A DNA stretch of 63,596 bases, counting the filler, from Basidiobolus ranarum (lineage: Eukaryota): the NCBI GenBank assembly GCA_040143965.1. It is 50 parts of 50 records of this genome, joined end to end, with 100 filler letters (N's around TTAATTAATTAA, not from the genome) between each part and the next. Parts side by side here need not be neighbours in the genome. Positions count along the whole stretch, not along the records: positions 61,163 to 62,329 come from JASJQH010006161.1; positions 62,430 to 63,596 come from JASJQH010006162.1; 48 more parts are not named here. One strand, given 5' to 3'. The translations under genes were made by a program, and so were the position numbers. Positions within the stretch are counted from its first letter, which is position 1. Every line of letters starts with the position of its first letter. The notes under the pieces are model-generated. The model worked only from the letters and a program-made list of their open reading frames with translations. It did no database searches and had not been told where the DNA came from. Positions 61,163 through 63,596 of the stretch are shown here, one piece after another.

Positions 61163-62329
61163 ACGGTCAACCCCAAATGGATTAAAATTGTGACGGTTTT
61201 CCTATGATAACAATCCTCAAATTTCTGTTAGTGTAATGGGGTTCAGATGGGTGAATATTTTATTAAAGCTAATATCATTGTATGCATTGGTGACACTCCT
61301 GCCATCAGTAAACTTGGAGGTTTTTGCAGGCACAATGCACTATCTTGCTGTAGATTTTGTCAAATCAATGAAGTTTACTCTATCAGGCGTATGCATTATC
61401 ACTATCCAAGCACAACACTAGAGTCCATGACTTTACCATCAAGAGCCCAGTCAGATTTCAACATGATCACTGATATTTATATACCAAATAGTCAGTCAGA
61501 CATCAAACTTGGTACTTGCCATAAGCCCAAGATTATATTGCTAAAGAGGATCTGCTGGAGCCACAGCTTCCCATTAGGTGCTATGCACTTACTATTCAAC
61601 AACATTTCAATACTACTTATTCAACAATATAGTGGAAAATTCAATATGAATGAGCCATTTGGGATTGGATCAAAGTTTGAATTGATTGGGAAAATGCTTG
61701 AAAACACCAAGATGCCATCATATTTAACCAGGACTTCCATCAATATCCACTCATCTAGGTCCTTATTCAAATGCAAAGACTGAGAGTATTGAATTTGTAT
61801 ATATTCAAGTGGAATTTTTAAAAGATTGCTGCCTGATAAGTATTGTCAACATTGGGAGTTGTTTGTCAATATCGTTTATCTATTCTTCCAACATCAACTG
61901 ACATTGGCAGATCTCAGGCTGATACAGCAACTATGCAAAGATTTTGTAACTGGACATGACAAACTTTATTACAGGTTTAAACATGATAGACTGAATCTGT
62001 GCTGGTATTCAATACATTCTCTGCTATATCTTTGACAATGCTTAGAGATTATAGGCCCTTGCTATACATTCTGGGAGTTCCCAATGTAGTGGACCTGTGG
62101 TGAAATGATGCTCCATGTGAAATAGTCAGTATTACCGTACGCTAATCTGCTTAACAATGTATCAGCAAAACTGGTGATGGATGTAATGCAATCAGTTAAG
62201 CAGACTCCAGAGTATATTAACCTACCAACAAAGGTCTCCTTTCAATGTGCTCATGGGTTTTTGCATTGTTTGAGCACAATAACAGCAACAAAGCCCAATC
62301 CATGGACACAGAGTAAGTATCTCTATAAT
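61163..62329 (+). mobile_element. CACTA left terminus (to ~61233) abutting a transposase fragment
   Basis: cctcaaatttctgttagtg; GDTPAISKLGGFCRHNALSCCRFC...FKCKD. Confidence 0.9.
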
Positions 62330-62429
62330 NNNNNNNNNNNNNNNNNNNNNNNNNNNNNNNNNNNNNNNNNNNNTTAATTAATTAANNNNNNNNNNNNNNN
62401 NNNNNNNNNNNNNNNNNNNNNNNNNNNNN

Positions 62430-63389
62430 TTCTCCATGTGAAATTGTCAGTATTATTGTATGCTAATCTGGTTACAATGTATCAGCAAAATGAGTGATGG
62501 ATGTAATGCAATAGGTTAAGGAGACTCCAGAGTATATTAACCTGCCAACAAAGGACTCTTTTCAATGTGCTCATGGGTTTTTGCATTGTTTGAGCACAAT
62601 AACATCAACAAAGCCCAATCCATGGACACAGAGTAAGTACCTCTATAATTGGACTAATTTGCTTGTGTGATAATCTGATGGTATTTTTAGGAAAGCTACC
62701 AGATAGACTTCTTGGTGAGATAGATCAAGATATGCAGTATTATTGATTTAGCCATAGGGTAATATATTCAAGCAATGACACAACTACTTGTGGCAGGACT
62801 TTTGTTGACTGCAAGTTGGGGATATATTGGCTGAATTCTTTATGGAAATTTGCCAAAATCCAGGAGCTTATTCTCATTGTGAATGGTAACAAGAGTCAGC
62901 TATTTGCAAAGTGTCAGTGCTATTTGAAACTTCAGATGTTTAGCAATTTTTCCACCATTAATTTGCTGGTAAAGCATATTGCTGTTGTTGAGTTATGTCT
63001 AATCAGTCAAGTATGTGCATATGTAGAGACTAAACACAATAAGATTCTTGTATTTTTTGATTCTCATTGTGGCTGGAATACAAAGCCTAAAATATCTAAA
63101 TAAAGGCATGCATACTAAATTGAATTCCTACAGCAGTAAACCCAGTAATTTGCCATTCAAAAATTATATTTTTTCAAAAAGTGCTGGATATTCAATAACG
63201 CATGCCAAATTTGAGGATCAATGTTTTGAAATGTATGAATTCTGTTGAAATACCATTAAGTAACCACTGTCACAGCATCAAAATCCCTGGCAGCATGCAA
63301 GCCACTGATATTGTGATGGTTCTCTGAAGGTTTTGCTATTTTTGATGGTGGATCTGATCTGGCTCAAATCAATTTTATTTTTGTTAGGG
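62430..63389 (+). mobile_element. CACTA transposase 3' end with intron (62633-62690) and right TIR
   Basis: GTAAGT..CTAAT..TTTTAG; ...GWNTKPKISK*; ends tttttgttaggg. Confidence 0.92.
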
Positions 63390-63596
63390 TAGTTATGATA
63401 CAAATATCAGAAACAGAAAATAAACTTACTAAAACACACTATCATAAGTTGCTCCTAATACTCAAAGTCTACCCCCATTATGTCAAGATCCTACAACATG
63501 GTAGCAGCGAGTAAATTAGAATTTTCTTCCCAAATGGAGATTACTAATATTCCAACATTCAATGGGGAAGATTTCCATGAATGGAAATTCGAGATG
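63390..63596 (+). mobile_element. Copia 5' end: LTR type 5 end (63498), PBS TGGTAGCAGCGAG, gag (ATG at 63534)
   Basis: MEITNIPTFNGEDFHEWKFEM gag N-terminal motif. Confidence 0.85.

Noticed and set aside
1225-62385. Regularly spaced TTAATTAATTAA repeat (CRISPR- or satellite-like periodicity)
   Set aside because: Always embedded in 44 N on each side; it is an artificial six-frame-stop linker between length-sorted contigs.

Overview
This window is not contiguous genome. It is 50 small contigs (1180 bp falling to about 1167 bp, sorted by length) joined by a 100-bp artificial linker (N44-TTAATTAATTAA-N44), so adjacency across linkers is meaningless. The DNA is eukaryotic and fungal-like: short GT-AG introns with CTAAY branch sites and a TOP3B-type gene point to a non-yeast, probably early-diverging fungus (inference). 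About 46 contigs are decayed, nested transposon debris in four groups. (i) A high-copy CMC/EnSpm (CACTA-type) DNA transposon with CCCTAACA(A/G)AAAT termini, a Tnp2-family DDE transposase with one intron, and an uncharacterised second gene transcribed divergently across a 211-bp spacer. (ii) Ty1/Copia elements with at least four LTR types and two different tRNA-iMet priming modes. (iii) Ty3/Gypsy fragments, including a chromovirus 3' end. (iv) A PIF/Harbinger/ISL2EU-like DDE_Tnp_4 transposon. The repeats show strong CpG->TpG/CpA decay, while host-gene contigs keep CpGs. Host content: the 5' end of topoisomerase III beta, the 3' end of complex I subunit ESSS/NDUFB11, a four-tRNA cluster, a complete Ser/Thr-rich GPI-anchored cell-wall gene, and a mosaic contig with a truncated Hsp70 piece plus a mitochondrial-type LSU rRNA fragment. 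The most intriguing signals are the two-gene head-to-head CACTA element with its unknown accessory protein, and four of its termini lying within about 25 nt of retrotransposon RT YxDD active-site codons.
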